From an uncultured Micavibrio sp. (GTDB taxonomy: Bacteria; Pseudomonadota; Alphaproteobacteria; Micavibrionales; Micavibrionaceae), in NCBI GenBank assembly GCA_963977105.1, contig CAXBNI010000002.1, forward strand, positions 44,675 to 108,674: DNA of 64,000 nt, given 5' to 3'. The notes beneath the pieces are model-generated. The model had not been told where the DNA came from and did no database searches. It saw only the letters and a list, made by a program, of their open reading frames with translations. Position numbers and translations under genes: made by a program. This document shows positions 28,948 to 36,939 of the stretch, in pieces; positions within the stretch are counted from its first letter, which is position 1; each line of letters begins with the position of its first letter.

Positions 28948-29883
28948 ATGTTTATAAATACACTCAAAGCCATAGATACAGCGCAGCTACGCCTCAAAGA
29001 CCACGAGGCCGCAGACATCTTGCATAATGTCACGCAGGCTTACGATGCCCTTTTCAAACGCTTTGAGCAAACGCACGCTATAAACAAACCGCTTTATGTG
29101 ATTATGGGTGAATATCACGACCGCCCTTCACATCACATTGCGCATACCCTACTCACCAGATGCTTAAGCGACCTAGCAAGCCCTATTATCACGGCATTAG
29201 AATGCCCGATAAACATCAAAGCATCCGATTACCCCGGACTAAAGCTGACGGCTTCAACTAAACGGGCGCTCTGCCCCGAAAGCGTATCAAATTTAGATTT
29301 GTTAAAAAATTATATGATGTCTGAACATGCCCCATATTCAGGGCAATCTTTTGAAGCGAGCCTTATCCATCAGCGAGACCGCCTCATCACAATATTTAAT
29401 GACATCGCGCGCAATGATGACTATACCATGGATTTATCAAGCATGCTTGGCCCTAACGAGGCGGACCTAGCGCGGGGCATCACTTCGAAATCAGTAAATG
29501 GTGTTGCCCTGCGTAACATCCATATGAGCGACCATCTCATCGCTGCGGTAAAGGAATACAAGGCGCCATTAGCTATACAGATTTGCGGGCAGGCGCATGT
29601 TAACGGCTCAGAATTTAATTCACCTAAAGAGAGCCTTACCGGCTTGCTCAAAGCGAAAAAACAAGAGGTATTCAACATTTTTTGGGGCGCAGCCAGTGCA
29701 ATGCCCATACATCTTGCACCGTCTGAATTTTACATTAGTAAAAATATGCCTGACCGCTACATCAACTATCAGCAACATGGCTCCATAGATGATTACAGCC
29801 CCGAAGAGCTTGAAAACTATAACCTTGAAAAAGATTATGTGCAGCGTGTCTATCAATCATTAGGCATCAAGCCACCACAATAA
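28948..29883 (+). CDS. hypothetical protein, paralog 1 (GExH / GxAHxxG motifs, ChaN/Tiki-superfamily-like)
   Basis: 311 aa with LYVIMGEYHDRPSHH and LAIQICGQAHVNGSEF. Collinear with 29991..30935. Confidence 0.7.
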   Translation: MFINTLKAIDTAQLRLKDHEAADILHNVTQAYDALFKRFEQTHAINKPLYVIMGEYHDRPSHHIAHTLLTRCLSDLASPIITALECPINIKASDYPGLKLTASTKRALCPESVSNLDLLKNYMMSEHAPYSGQSFEASLIHQRDRLITIFNDIARNDDYTMDLSSMLGPNEADLARGITSKSVNGVALRNIHMSDHLIAAVKEYKAPLAIQICGQAHVNGSEFNSPKESLTGLLKAKKQEVFNIFWGAASAMPIHLAPSEFYISKNMPDRYINYQQHGSIDDYSPEELENYNLEKDYVQRVYQSLGIKPPQ

Positions 29884-29990
29884 TCGGCTAGTTTTGTGTC
29901 GCATTCCTTGTGCTATATGCCATACTCACCCGTAAACTTTACATAAATAAAAGAGTGTGCTAAGTTATACCCTCAAGCAGGGGAGCGAGC

Positions 29991-30935
29991 ATGTATATAG
30001 ACAAGTTGAAAGCGATCAACCAAGATGAATTGCGGCTTACAAATGACGAAGCGGTCGATATACTTCATAATGTCATCACAGCCTATGATGCCATCATCCA
30101 GCGGAAAGCACAGCTCGTTCAACAAGGCTCAAGCAGACCGCTTTATGTGCTATTAGGCGAACAGCACGCTTCTGTCTCTCAAAAAATTTCACAGACCCTA
30201 CTCATAAAGTGCCTGAGCGAAGCCTTTTATGATCGCGATAAAAACTCCGCCGTGACGAACAAGCCGATTGTAAGTGCCTTAGAGCACCCCATATCCATAA
30301 AAGCGCCGCTTCCTCTTGATGGTTCGCGTTCTGATAAAGTGGTTTGCCCACAAAGCGCCGCGAATATAGTTCATTTATTAGAATCCCACTTTTCTAAAAA
30401 CACTCCACTTACTTTGAAATATTTTCAAATGGGTCTTTCCAGCATGCAGCATCGCTTAACGACAATATTTAGCGATGTCGCACGCCATGAAAACCGCACA
30501 CTGAAACTGCCGAACCAAGCAGATGACGGTATTGACCCGCGTGAAGAAAAGGCCTTATTCATCCGCAACCAGCATATGTATACCCAGCTTCAGCAGGAAG
30601 CCGTAAGACATCAAGCGCCGTTAGCCATTCAAGTCTGCGGTCAAGCACATGTCAATGGCGGCGAATTATGCGCACAAGAATACGGCTTAGCAAACATTTA
30701 TAAGGACGCCGGACAAGACGTTTTTTGCGTATTTTGGGAAGAGAGCTGCGCAGACACGTCAGAGCTAACAGACACAGAATATTTCGTGGCGCGTAATATG
30801 CCAGAGCGCTACATTAGTTACAACTTGTTCACAGCGGATGGCCAAAATATTGACGAGAACCAATCTGGCTACCAGCTCGAAGATCAATATTTACAAGGCT
30901 TTACAAAGGCCTTAAAAGGCGCCAAGCCCTTCTAA
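29991..30935 (+). CDS. hypothetical protein, paralog 2 (GExH / GxAHxxG motifs)
   Basis: 314 aa. MYIDKLKAINQDELRLTNDEAVDILHNV aligns to MFINTLKAIDTAQLRLKDHEAADILHNV. Also carries LYVLLGEQHASVS and LAIQVCGQAHVNGGEL. Confidence 0.7.
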   Translation: MYIDKLKAINQDELRLTNDEAVDILHNVITAYDAIIQRKAQLVQQGSSRPLYVLLGEQHASVSQKISQTLLIKCLSEAFYDRDKNSAVTNKPIVSALEHPISIKAPLPLDGSRSDKVVCPQSAANIVHLLESHFSKNTPLTLKYFQMGLSSMQHRLTTIFSDVARHENRTLKLPNQADDGIDPREEKALFIRNQHMYTQLQQEAVRHQAPLAIQVCGQAHVNGGELCAQEYGLANIYKDAGQDVFCVFWEESCADTSELTDTEYFVARNMPERYISYNLFTADGQNIDENQSGYQLEDQYLQGFTKALKGAKPF

Positions 30936-30955
30936 TAGACACGCCTTTACAAATA

Positions 30956-31450
30956 TTACAGTAGACGCTGGCGAAACGACGCCCATGGGAAAGCAGGCCC
31001 TGGATCTTTTTTACGTACAGGCGCAATATCATCATGGCCAATGACGTTGGCGGCTGAAATATTAAAGCGTTGCTGAATATCGCAACATAACTCAACAAGA
31101 CGGTCTATCTGGGCGGCTTCAAATGGTGGGAAGTTATTAAACTCCCCCTCATTAACAAGCTCAATACCGATCGACGTTGAATTTATGTCTGTCTCGCCCT
31201 GCCACACAGACACCCCCGCATGCCAAGCACGTTTATTCTCAGCGACAAATTGATACACTGTGCCATCGCCATCAATCATATAATGCGGGCTGATCGGCCC
31301 TGCATCAGGGTCGGTTGTTGTATTCAAATAATAAGCAGCCGCCTCATCAGCGGTTTTTGTCCCTGTATAATGGACAATAATCAAGCTGGGGTCGACATTG
31401 CCGGCGCGCGCGTTATAATTGGGGCTTGGGCGCTGGATTATTTTCATCAA
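30956..31450 (-). CDS. ampD: N-acetylmuramoyl-L-alanine amidase, AmpD-like (amidase_2)
   Basis: 164 aa with PSPNYNAR, IIVHYTG, AWHAGVS and IGIELVN motifs. Confidence 0.85.
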   Translation of the reverse strand: MMKIIQRPSPNYNARAGNVDPSLIIVHYTGTKTADEAAAYYLNTTTDPDAGPISPHYMIDGDGTVYQFVAENKRAWHAGVSVWQGETDINSTSIGIELVNEGEFNNFPPFEAAQIDRLVELCCDIQQRFNISAANVIGHDDIAPVRKKDPGPAFPWASFRQRLL

Positions 31451-31487
31451 TGTAACTTTCTTAATTGTTTATACGAACTATATAATT

Positions 31488-32129
31488 ATGATGAAGATAA
31501 TTGCAAGTTTGATAGTAGTATTAGTGATTCTTATAGGCTGGCAAGTCCGCGCAAACGCAGGACTGCCTATTGCGGAGAGTATTATGGACGAAAAACCACA
31601 AGGTTACCCCACCATCACCATAGCCGGTGGCTGTTTTTGGTGCTTAGAAAGTGAATTCCGCTCATTAAAAGGCATTAAGTTCACCCATGTCGGCTATACA
31701 GGCGGCAAGGTAGAAAACCCAAGCTACCAAGACATCACAACAGGGCGCACAGGCCACGCAGAAGCCGTGATCCTGACTTACGACCCAGAACAGTTAAGCT
31801 TAAAAGATTTGCTGCATTATTTCTTTGAAATAGCCCATGACCCAACAACATTAAACGCGCAGGGCGTTGATAAAGGTACGCAGTACAGATCAGCCGTTTT
31901 CTACGCCAATGCCGAAGAAAAAGCCCTCACCGAAAAAGTCATCAAGGCCGTAAATGCAAAGAAAGCCTATAAAAACCCCATTGTCACAACATTAGAACCA
32001 CTAGGCACGTTCTGGGAAGGCGAAGATCACCATCAGCAATATTACGAGAAATACGAAGAAGAAACCGGCCAAGAACACATCCGCGTTTTCTTAAAGAAAA
32101 AGAAGAAAGCCGCGAAAGGGCTTTATTAA
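31488..32129 (+). CDS. msrA: peptide-methionine (S)-S-oxide reductase with an N-terminal signal or anchor sequence
   Basis: The ORF track starts at 31419 and would overlap ampD; ATG 31488 (MMKIIASLIVVLVILIG) is preferred. It has the GGCFWC catalytic motif and a lysine-rich C-terminal tail. Confidence 0.9.
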   Translation: MMKIIASLIVVLVILIGWQVRANAGLPIAESIMDEKPQGYPTITIAGGCFWCLESEFRSLKGIKFTHVGYTGGKVENPSYQDITTGRTGHAEAVILTYDPEQLSLKDLLHYFFEIAHDPTTLNAQGVDKGTQYRSAVFYANAEEKALTEKVIKAVNAKKAYKNPIVTTLEPLGTFWEGEDHHQQYYEKYEEETGQEHIRVFLKKKKKAAKGLY

Positions 32130-32422
32130 AGCAGCGGCTCGTACTTGCCGTAAAGCGAGAAGCAGACTGTTTTTTCGACGCCGCTCTCACCATCTGTGGT
32201 CGTCACTGTATATTCTCTGTTATACGTCCCATTACCGCACCAACTCCCCCAAGCGTCTAAATCATCGCCGCCCGCTATTTGCGTGTAGCCTTTGCCTTCC
32301 AGAAACTCTTTTCCATCTTCTTGAGAGTACATTGCATTCGTACATGAATTTATACCCGCAACGACGCATGCACCGAATATGAGGTGTAACGCCAAGCTTT
32401 TATATTTGCTTTTCTTCGACAT
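32126..32422 (-). CDS. hypothetical lipoprotein
   Basis: 98 aa with a lipobox-like VVAGINSC. Its stop overlaps the msrA stop (TTAA). Confidence 0.55.
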   Translation of the reverse strand: MSKKSKYKSLALHLIFGACVVAGINSCTNAMYSQEDGKEFLEGKGYTQIAGGDDLDAWGSWCGNGTYNREYTVTTTDGESGVEKTVCFSLYGKYEPLL

Positions 32423-32442
32423 CAGAAGCCCCCTGTTTAAAT

Positions 32443-32757
32443 TTATTTAAGGCGAATATTGGCCGTGCTTGATAAGGGCGCTTTACACACGACAGCTGGA
32501 ATTTGTCGGCCGTTATCAAAAGCGGCGACAAAGCCTGTACTCATATGCTCACCGCGTAAGCAGCCTAAGGGCTCATAACCTGTGAATCGGATCTGCGCAT
32601 CATCAAAGCGCGTGTCATTCGCAATCACCTGCATCGCGTGCACTTCATCCGTTAAGAACGCATCACCTATATCTTGTTGGAAGAAGACACTCGCCCCCAC
32701 TGCGAGTGCAAAAGCCCCCGCTACGCTATATTTAACTGTATTATTCAACCTGCTCAC
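32443..32757 (-). CDS. hypothetical exported protein
   Basis: 104 aa with a signal-like N terminus (VAGAFALAVGASVFF). Lies 20 nt upstream of the lipoprotein gene. Confidence 0.5.
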   Translation of the reverse strand: MSRLNNTVKYSVAGAFALAVGASVFFQQDIGDAFLTDEVHAMQVIANDTRFDDAQIRFTGYEPLGCLRGEHMSTGFVAAFDNGRQIPAVVCKAPLSSTANIRLK

Positions 32758-32917
32758 CTGTGTTTTATTATTTTTATTTAGATTAATTATATAACATTAT
32801 TATTACTACATAAAACTGAATGGCGCAATACGTTGCACTGAATAATCCCAACAGGATTGACTTGACATAAAAAATACTTATAGTTACAAAAATAGCCATA
32901 TACACAGGAACCGACAA

Positions 32918-33292
32918 ATGCACGATAGATCAGCCCGCGAACAAAAATACGTAACAATGCTCGAAGCCATTATTGACCTTGGCACAGAGTTTAATGGCAT
33001 CGCAGATTTACAGCGTCATTACAAAGACGAAGTCCAGCGCCACACAACGCGCCTAGATACCAATAAAAAATATACATCTCTGTTCAACAGCTATGCGCAA
33101 GGCAAAGAAAAAGAAGATGCTTTTGCCTTAAAAATGCTTTGTGACGATAACGCTATGAGCACAGAAAAAAGCAAGCTCAAGAGTTTTGCCTTAGGTGCAA
33201 AAATAATCGGCTCCGTTCTCTACTTCCTTCCCACGGCTTATCAGCAAAGAAAACGTGAAGAAAAGCTTGTAGAGATCGCCTACGCGCCGTAA
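32918..33292 (+). CDS. hypothetical protein
   Basis: 124 aa with one C-terminal hydrophobic segment. Confidence 0.45.
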   Translation: MHDRSAREQKYVTMLEAIIDLGTEFNGIADLQRHYKDEVQRHTTRLDTNKKYTSLFNSYAQGKEKEDAFALKMLCDDNAMSTEKSKLKSFALGAKIIGSVLYFLPTAYQQRKREEKLVEIAYAP

Positions 33293-33330
33293 ACATTCCA
33301 CACAGGGCAATAAAGTTTAAGTTTAAGTTT

Positions 33331-33645
33331 ATGTTTATATTGAATAAAGTAAAATCTAAATTTGGTCTCGATTACCCGCCATATTCACTTGCTGTATTAA
33401 CGGTGACAGCTCTACACAGCTTAGCACTGATAAGTGGCATAGCCGCCGCCTCTTTGCTTTTAACATATGTGCTCGGTATCTATTTCTACGCAAGCAATGT
33501 CTTCCCTGACGGATTCTCGTTTAACGCTCTACCGTTAAATGCCGACCTGAGGGGCTATAGTTTATATGTCACCACATATTTACTCTTAAGCCTCATCAGA
33601 TACAGGACCGTAAAATTTTTGCACAAAAACAAAAAAACGGCATAA
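33331..33645 (+). CDS. hypothetical membrane protein
   Basis: 104 aa with two to three hydrophobic helices. Confidence 0.45.
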   Translation: MFILNKVKSKFGLDYPPYSLAVLTVTALHSLALISGIAAASLLLTYVLGIYFYASNVFPDGFSFNALPLNADLRGYSLYVTTYLLLSLIRYRTVKFLHKNKKTA

Positions 33646-33652
33646 AAATCAA

Positions 33653-34981
33653 CTAAGCAAGGCGAATATCAGCGCCGCAAGCGCTTAATTTCTCAACCAG
33701 CTTTTCATAGCCACGGTTCAAATGGTAAATACGGTTCACAACGGTTTCGCCCTCAGCCACCAAACCTGCGAGAACGAGTGCGACACTGGCGCGTAAATCG
33801 GTTGCCATGACTTCTGCGCCTGTTAGGCCAGCCACGCCTCGCACAAGGGCGCTATTGCCGTGTACGGTGATGTCAGCGCCCATACGGACAAGTTCAGGGA
33901 CGTGCATGAAACGATTTTCAAAGATTGTCTCGGTAATCATTCCTGCCCCCTTACAAATACTCATCAAGCTCATTAACTGTGCCTGCAAATCTGTAGGGAA
34001 GCCTGGGTGCGGCTCCGTCATAATATCAAAGCCTTTAAGGTCAACGCCATTGCGTTCAACAATCAGGTCTTTGCCATCTTCTTCAATATGCATACCCGCT
34101 TCTTTAAGCGGCCCAATTAAGCTTGTGAGCAAATCAGCGCGCGTATTTTCAAGCACGACCTTACCGCCTGTCATTGCAACGGCAATCATATATGTGCCGG
34201 CTTCGATACGGTCAGGGACAATATCATATGAAATGCCATGTAGGCGCTCTACGCCTTCAATAACGATTTTTCCTGTGCCAAGGCCTGTAATTTTTGCGCC
34301 CATTTGAATCAGCGCTTCGCCTTGGTCAACAATTTCTGGCTCGCGCGCTGCGTTATTAATGATTGTGATGCCCTTGGCCAAAGTCGCCGCCATCATAATA
34401 TTTTCCGTCGCACCAACAGATATTTTGCTAAAGTTAATTTCAGCGCCGCGTAGGCCATTAGGCGCAGATGCTTTAACGTAGCCTTGTTCAAGTTTAATTT
34501 CAGCGCCCATTTGGGTCAGCGCGTCTAAATGCATATCAATCGGGCGCGTCCCAATCGCGCAGCCACCCGGCAAGGACACTTCAGCTTTACCGCAGCGTGC
34601 CAATAATGGACCAAGAATAAGTACTGACGCACGCATACGGCGCACAAGGTCATATGGCGCAACGTGGTTTTTGATTGAAGGCGTGTGGATCATGGCAAGG
34701 CCATCTTCACGCAGGACAACTTCAGCGCCCAAGGTTTTCAGCACCGCCGCTTGCATTTTAATGTCGCCAAGATGCACAGGGCAATTCATTAAATGCATCG
34801 GCTCATCAGTGAGCAAACACGCAACCATATGTTTAAGCGCCGCATTTTTCGCGCCGCTAATACGGATACGTCCATTAAGTTCATTGCCGCCCTGAATCAC
34901 CATTTTTTCAAGCTCTGAAGCTTGTGAAAGTTTATCAGGGTCTACAGTAATTTCTTTTGCAACGGCATTCATGTAACTCAT
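33653..34981 (-). CDS. murA: UDP-N-acetylglucosamine 1-carboxyvinyltransferase
   Basis: 442 aa with ISGAKNAALK and the active-site Cys loop LPGGCAIGTRPID. Confidence 0.95.
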   Translation of the reverse strand: MSYMNAVAKEITVDPDKLSQASELEKMVIQGGNELNGRIRISGAKNAALKHMVACLLTDEPMHLMNCPVHLGDIKMQAAVLKTLGAEVVLREDGLAMIHTPSIKNHVAPYDLVRRMRASVLILGPLLARCGKAEVSLPGGCAIGTRPIDMHLDALTQMGAEIKLEQGYVKASAPNGLRGAEINFSKISVGATENIMMAATLAKGITIINNAAREPEIVDQGEALIQMGAKITGLGTGKIVIEGVERLHGISYDIVPDRIEAGTYMIAVAMTGGKVVLENTRADLLTSLIGPLKEAGMHIEEDGKDLIVERNGVDLKGFDIMTEPHPGFPTDLQAQLMSLMSICKGAGMITETIFENRFMHVPELVRMGADITVHGNSALVRGVAGLTGAEVMATDLRASVALVLAGLVAEGETVVNRIYHLNRGYEKLVEKLSACGADIRLA

Positions 34982-35031
34982 TCTCCAAAACCAATACGTA
35001 CTAAATTTATTATGTGAAAAGCTGTTCTAGC

Positions 35032-35685
35032 CTAAGTGCGTGGTAATGTCACGCCTTTTTGTCCCATGTATTTACCGCCACGATCACTATAGTTAACTTC
35101 GCATGCGCTAGAGCCTTTAAAGAACAAGAACTGACAAACGCCTTCATTCGCATAGATTTTCGCGGGTAGCGGCGTTGTGTTTGAAATCTCAAGCGTAACA
35201 TGGCCTTCCCAGCCGGGCTCCAACGGTGTGACGTTTACAATCAAACCACAGCGCGCATAAGTACTTTTACCAAGGCAAATAACAAGCGCGTCTTTAGGAA
35301 TTTTAAAATACTCAACAGTGCGGCACAGCACAAAGCTATTTGGCGGAATAACGCAAACGTCACCTTTACGCTCAACAAAGCTTTTCTCTGAGAAATTCTT
35401 TGGGTCAACAAGCGCATTATCAACATTTGTGAAAATCATAAATTCATCAGCAAGACGAGAGTCATAACCATATGATGACAGCCCATAAGAAATAATTTTT
35501 TCTTCATCAACGTAACGTACCTGACCATCAACAAACGGCGTAATCATCCCCTGATTTTCAGCTTGTTCTCTAATCCAATGATCCGGCATGATGCCCGGTA
35601 GATGGTCTGCGCTATCTTTTAACAAACGCATAGCCTCGCTTGGTTTGCCTTCTGCGCCCGTTTTTGTGCCTAGAGTATCGCTCAT
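35032..35685 (-). CDS. dcd: dCTP deaminase
   Basis: 217 aa with LSSYGYD and a dUTPase-like trimeric fold pattern. The conserved Dcd core starts at IMPDHWIRE (M33, coordinate 35589), so the true start may be 35589. ATG 35685 has the better RBS. Confidence 0.9.
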   Translation of the reverse strand: MSDTLGTKTGAEGKPSEAMRLLKDSADHLPGIMPDHWIREQAENQGMITPFVDGQVRYVDEEKIISYGLSSYGYDSRLADEFMIFTNVDNALVDPKNFSEKSFVERKGDVCVIPPNSFVLCRTVEYFKIPKDALVICLGKSTYARCGLIVNVTPLEPGWEGHVTLEISNTTPLPAKIYANEGVCQFLFFKGSSACEVNYSDRGGKYMGQKGVTLPRT

Positions 35686-35855
35686 TCTTGATTACCTTTA
35701 TCTACAACTGAATCTTCATTATTAACGCCATCTATTTCTTTCGCCGCTTTATTAACAGATGCGTCACGCTTAACCTTCTTGCGGCGCATTAAATTCGCGC
35801 GCAAGGCATCGGCTCTTTTATCGAACTTTGTGTTCTTGTCTTCTTTTATCGACAT
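35682..35855 (-). CDS. possible small basic protein (57 aa, below the ORF-track cutoff)
   Basis: My manual translation is [57 protein letters not shown]. Its TGA overlaps ATG 35685 of dcd (ATGA). The RBS is weak. Confidence 0.3.
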   Translation of the reverse strand: MSIKEDKNTKFDKRADALRANLMRRKKVKRDASVNKAAKEIDGVNNEDSVVDKGNQE

Positions 35856-35990
35856 AACATACCTAAATAGATGAGATTACCGCGAATATAGTAAATATAG
35901 GCGTGACAATCCAGTCTTTTTGTTGTATCTTCCCCTCGCTCTTCGGGATAACCTTGTTAAGGGCTTTATATATAAGATTTTTTTATCTTC

Positions 35991-36065
35991 GCCGCGGTAG
36001 CTCAGTGGTAGAGCGCGTCATTGGTAATGACGAGGTCGAGAGTTCAATTCCCTCTCGTGGCACCA
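35991..36065 (+). tRNA. tRNA-Thr (anticodon GGT)
   Basis: Cloverleaf folded by hand: acceptor GCCGCGG/TCGTGGC, D arm GCTC-AGTGGTA-GAGC, anticodon arm CGTCA-TTGGTAA-TGACG, T arm GAGAG-TTCAATT-CCCTC (one mismatch), and an encoded CCA. Confidence 0.9.
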
Positions 36066-36512
36066 TTTTCCTGTTTTCCCCATCCATTCCACTACATTGG
36101 TAATTAACCGCCAATATTGACATAACGCAAGCCCTTGCTGTGATACATGTTAAATCAACAACGCACAGGCACGTCACGCAAGAAGGCTGGATGAACGTAA
36201 CAGGATACAATGCAGGTGAAAACGTACAGCCCTCACGCCACAATAGCCGCATGCTTTATGCCTCACCAGAGGCACGCCTGACCTTTAGAGCTCTACCATC
36301 TCTAATGCTCAGTGGGCAACGTAATATAGCGCAGATTAATGCACCGCTAAGTCCAAATGAAGGATTTGCAATCACATGCAACCACTTATAAACCCTGTGC
36401 CTACCCCCGTACTATCGCACTATTCCCTTTTCCATCATGCTAATATAAAAGCATATTCATACATTTATAAAAACAACTTTATTTGGTGTAAAGACGGTGC
36501 TAGAATAAACTT

Positions 36513-36821
36513 ATGGTTGAAGCAAAGGGTTATTGGCTATCTATTCAAACGAACAATACACAATACCGTTCGGAACATAAAATAGATAACAGTCAAATCA
36601 AATATATTGTCAAAATACACAATGGTGATTCACCGGTAACTGCCGCTGCGCATAACTACAATGATGCAATACAGGCGCTAAAAGACAAACTCCGCGCATT
36701 AAAGGCAAGCGCCCCACAAAGCTTGCCCGCCTTTGAAGACTTCGAAGCCCCCATAGAAAATGAAGTCGATAATATTGCTATGGTTTTCTTAAGCGAAAGC
36801 GACCTAGAAAACGCTAATTGA
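36513..36821 (+). CDS. hypothetical protein
   Basis: 102-aa ORF with no convincing RBS. It is preceded by two overlapping ORFs in other frames (36140..36391, 36376..36585). Confidence 0.35.
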   Translation: MVEAKGYWLSIQTNNTQYRSEHKIDNSQIKYIVKIHNGDSPVTAAAHNYNDAIQALKDKLRALKASAPQSLPAFEDFEAPIENEVDNIAMVFLSESDLENAN

Positions 36822-36880
36822 GCCGTGAAAGCTCGGCTTGTTAGAACACTAACTTCCTATATTACACCAGGCACGCGGTC

Positions 36881-36914
36881 AAAAAAAAAGCGGCCATATT
36901 CTGGGCAGCTTTTT
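36881..36914. terminator. bidirectional terminator downstream of autotransporter 1
   Basis: A9 run, an imperfect stem AGCGGCC / GGGCAGCT (6 of 7 pairs), then a T-run. Confidence 0.5.
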
Positions 36915-36939
36915 CTTCAATTATTTCGATTCTACGGGG

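Noticed and set aside
35032-35685. dcd as an anti-phage nucleotide-depletion defence gene
   Set aside because: Its size and motifs are those of the housekeeping homotrimeric Dcd. It has no fused kinase-like domain and sits next to murA in a housekeeping context.
35903-36252. ORFs 35903..36103 (+) and 35983..36252 (-)
   Set aside because: Both run through the tRNA-Thr gene, so they are not credible coding sequences.
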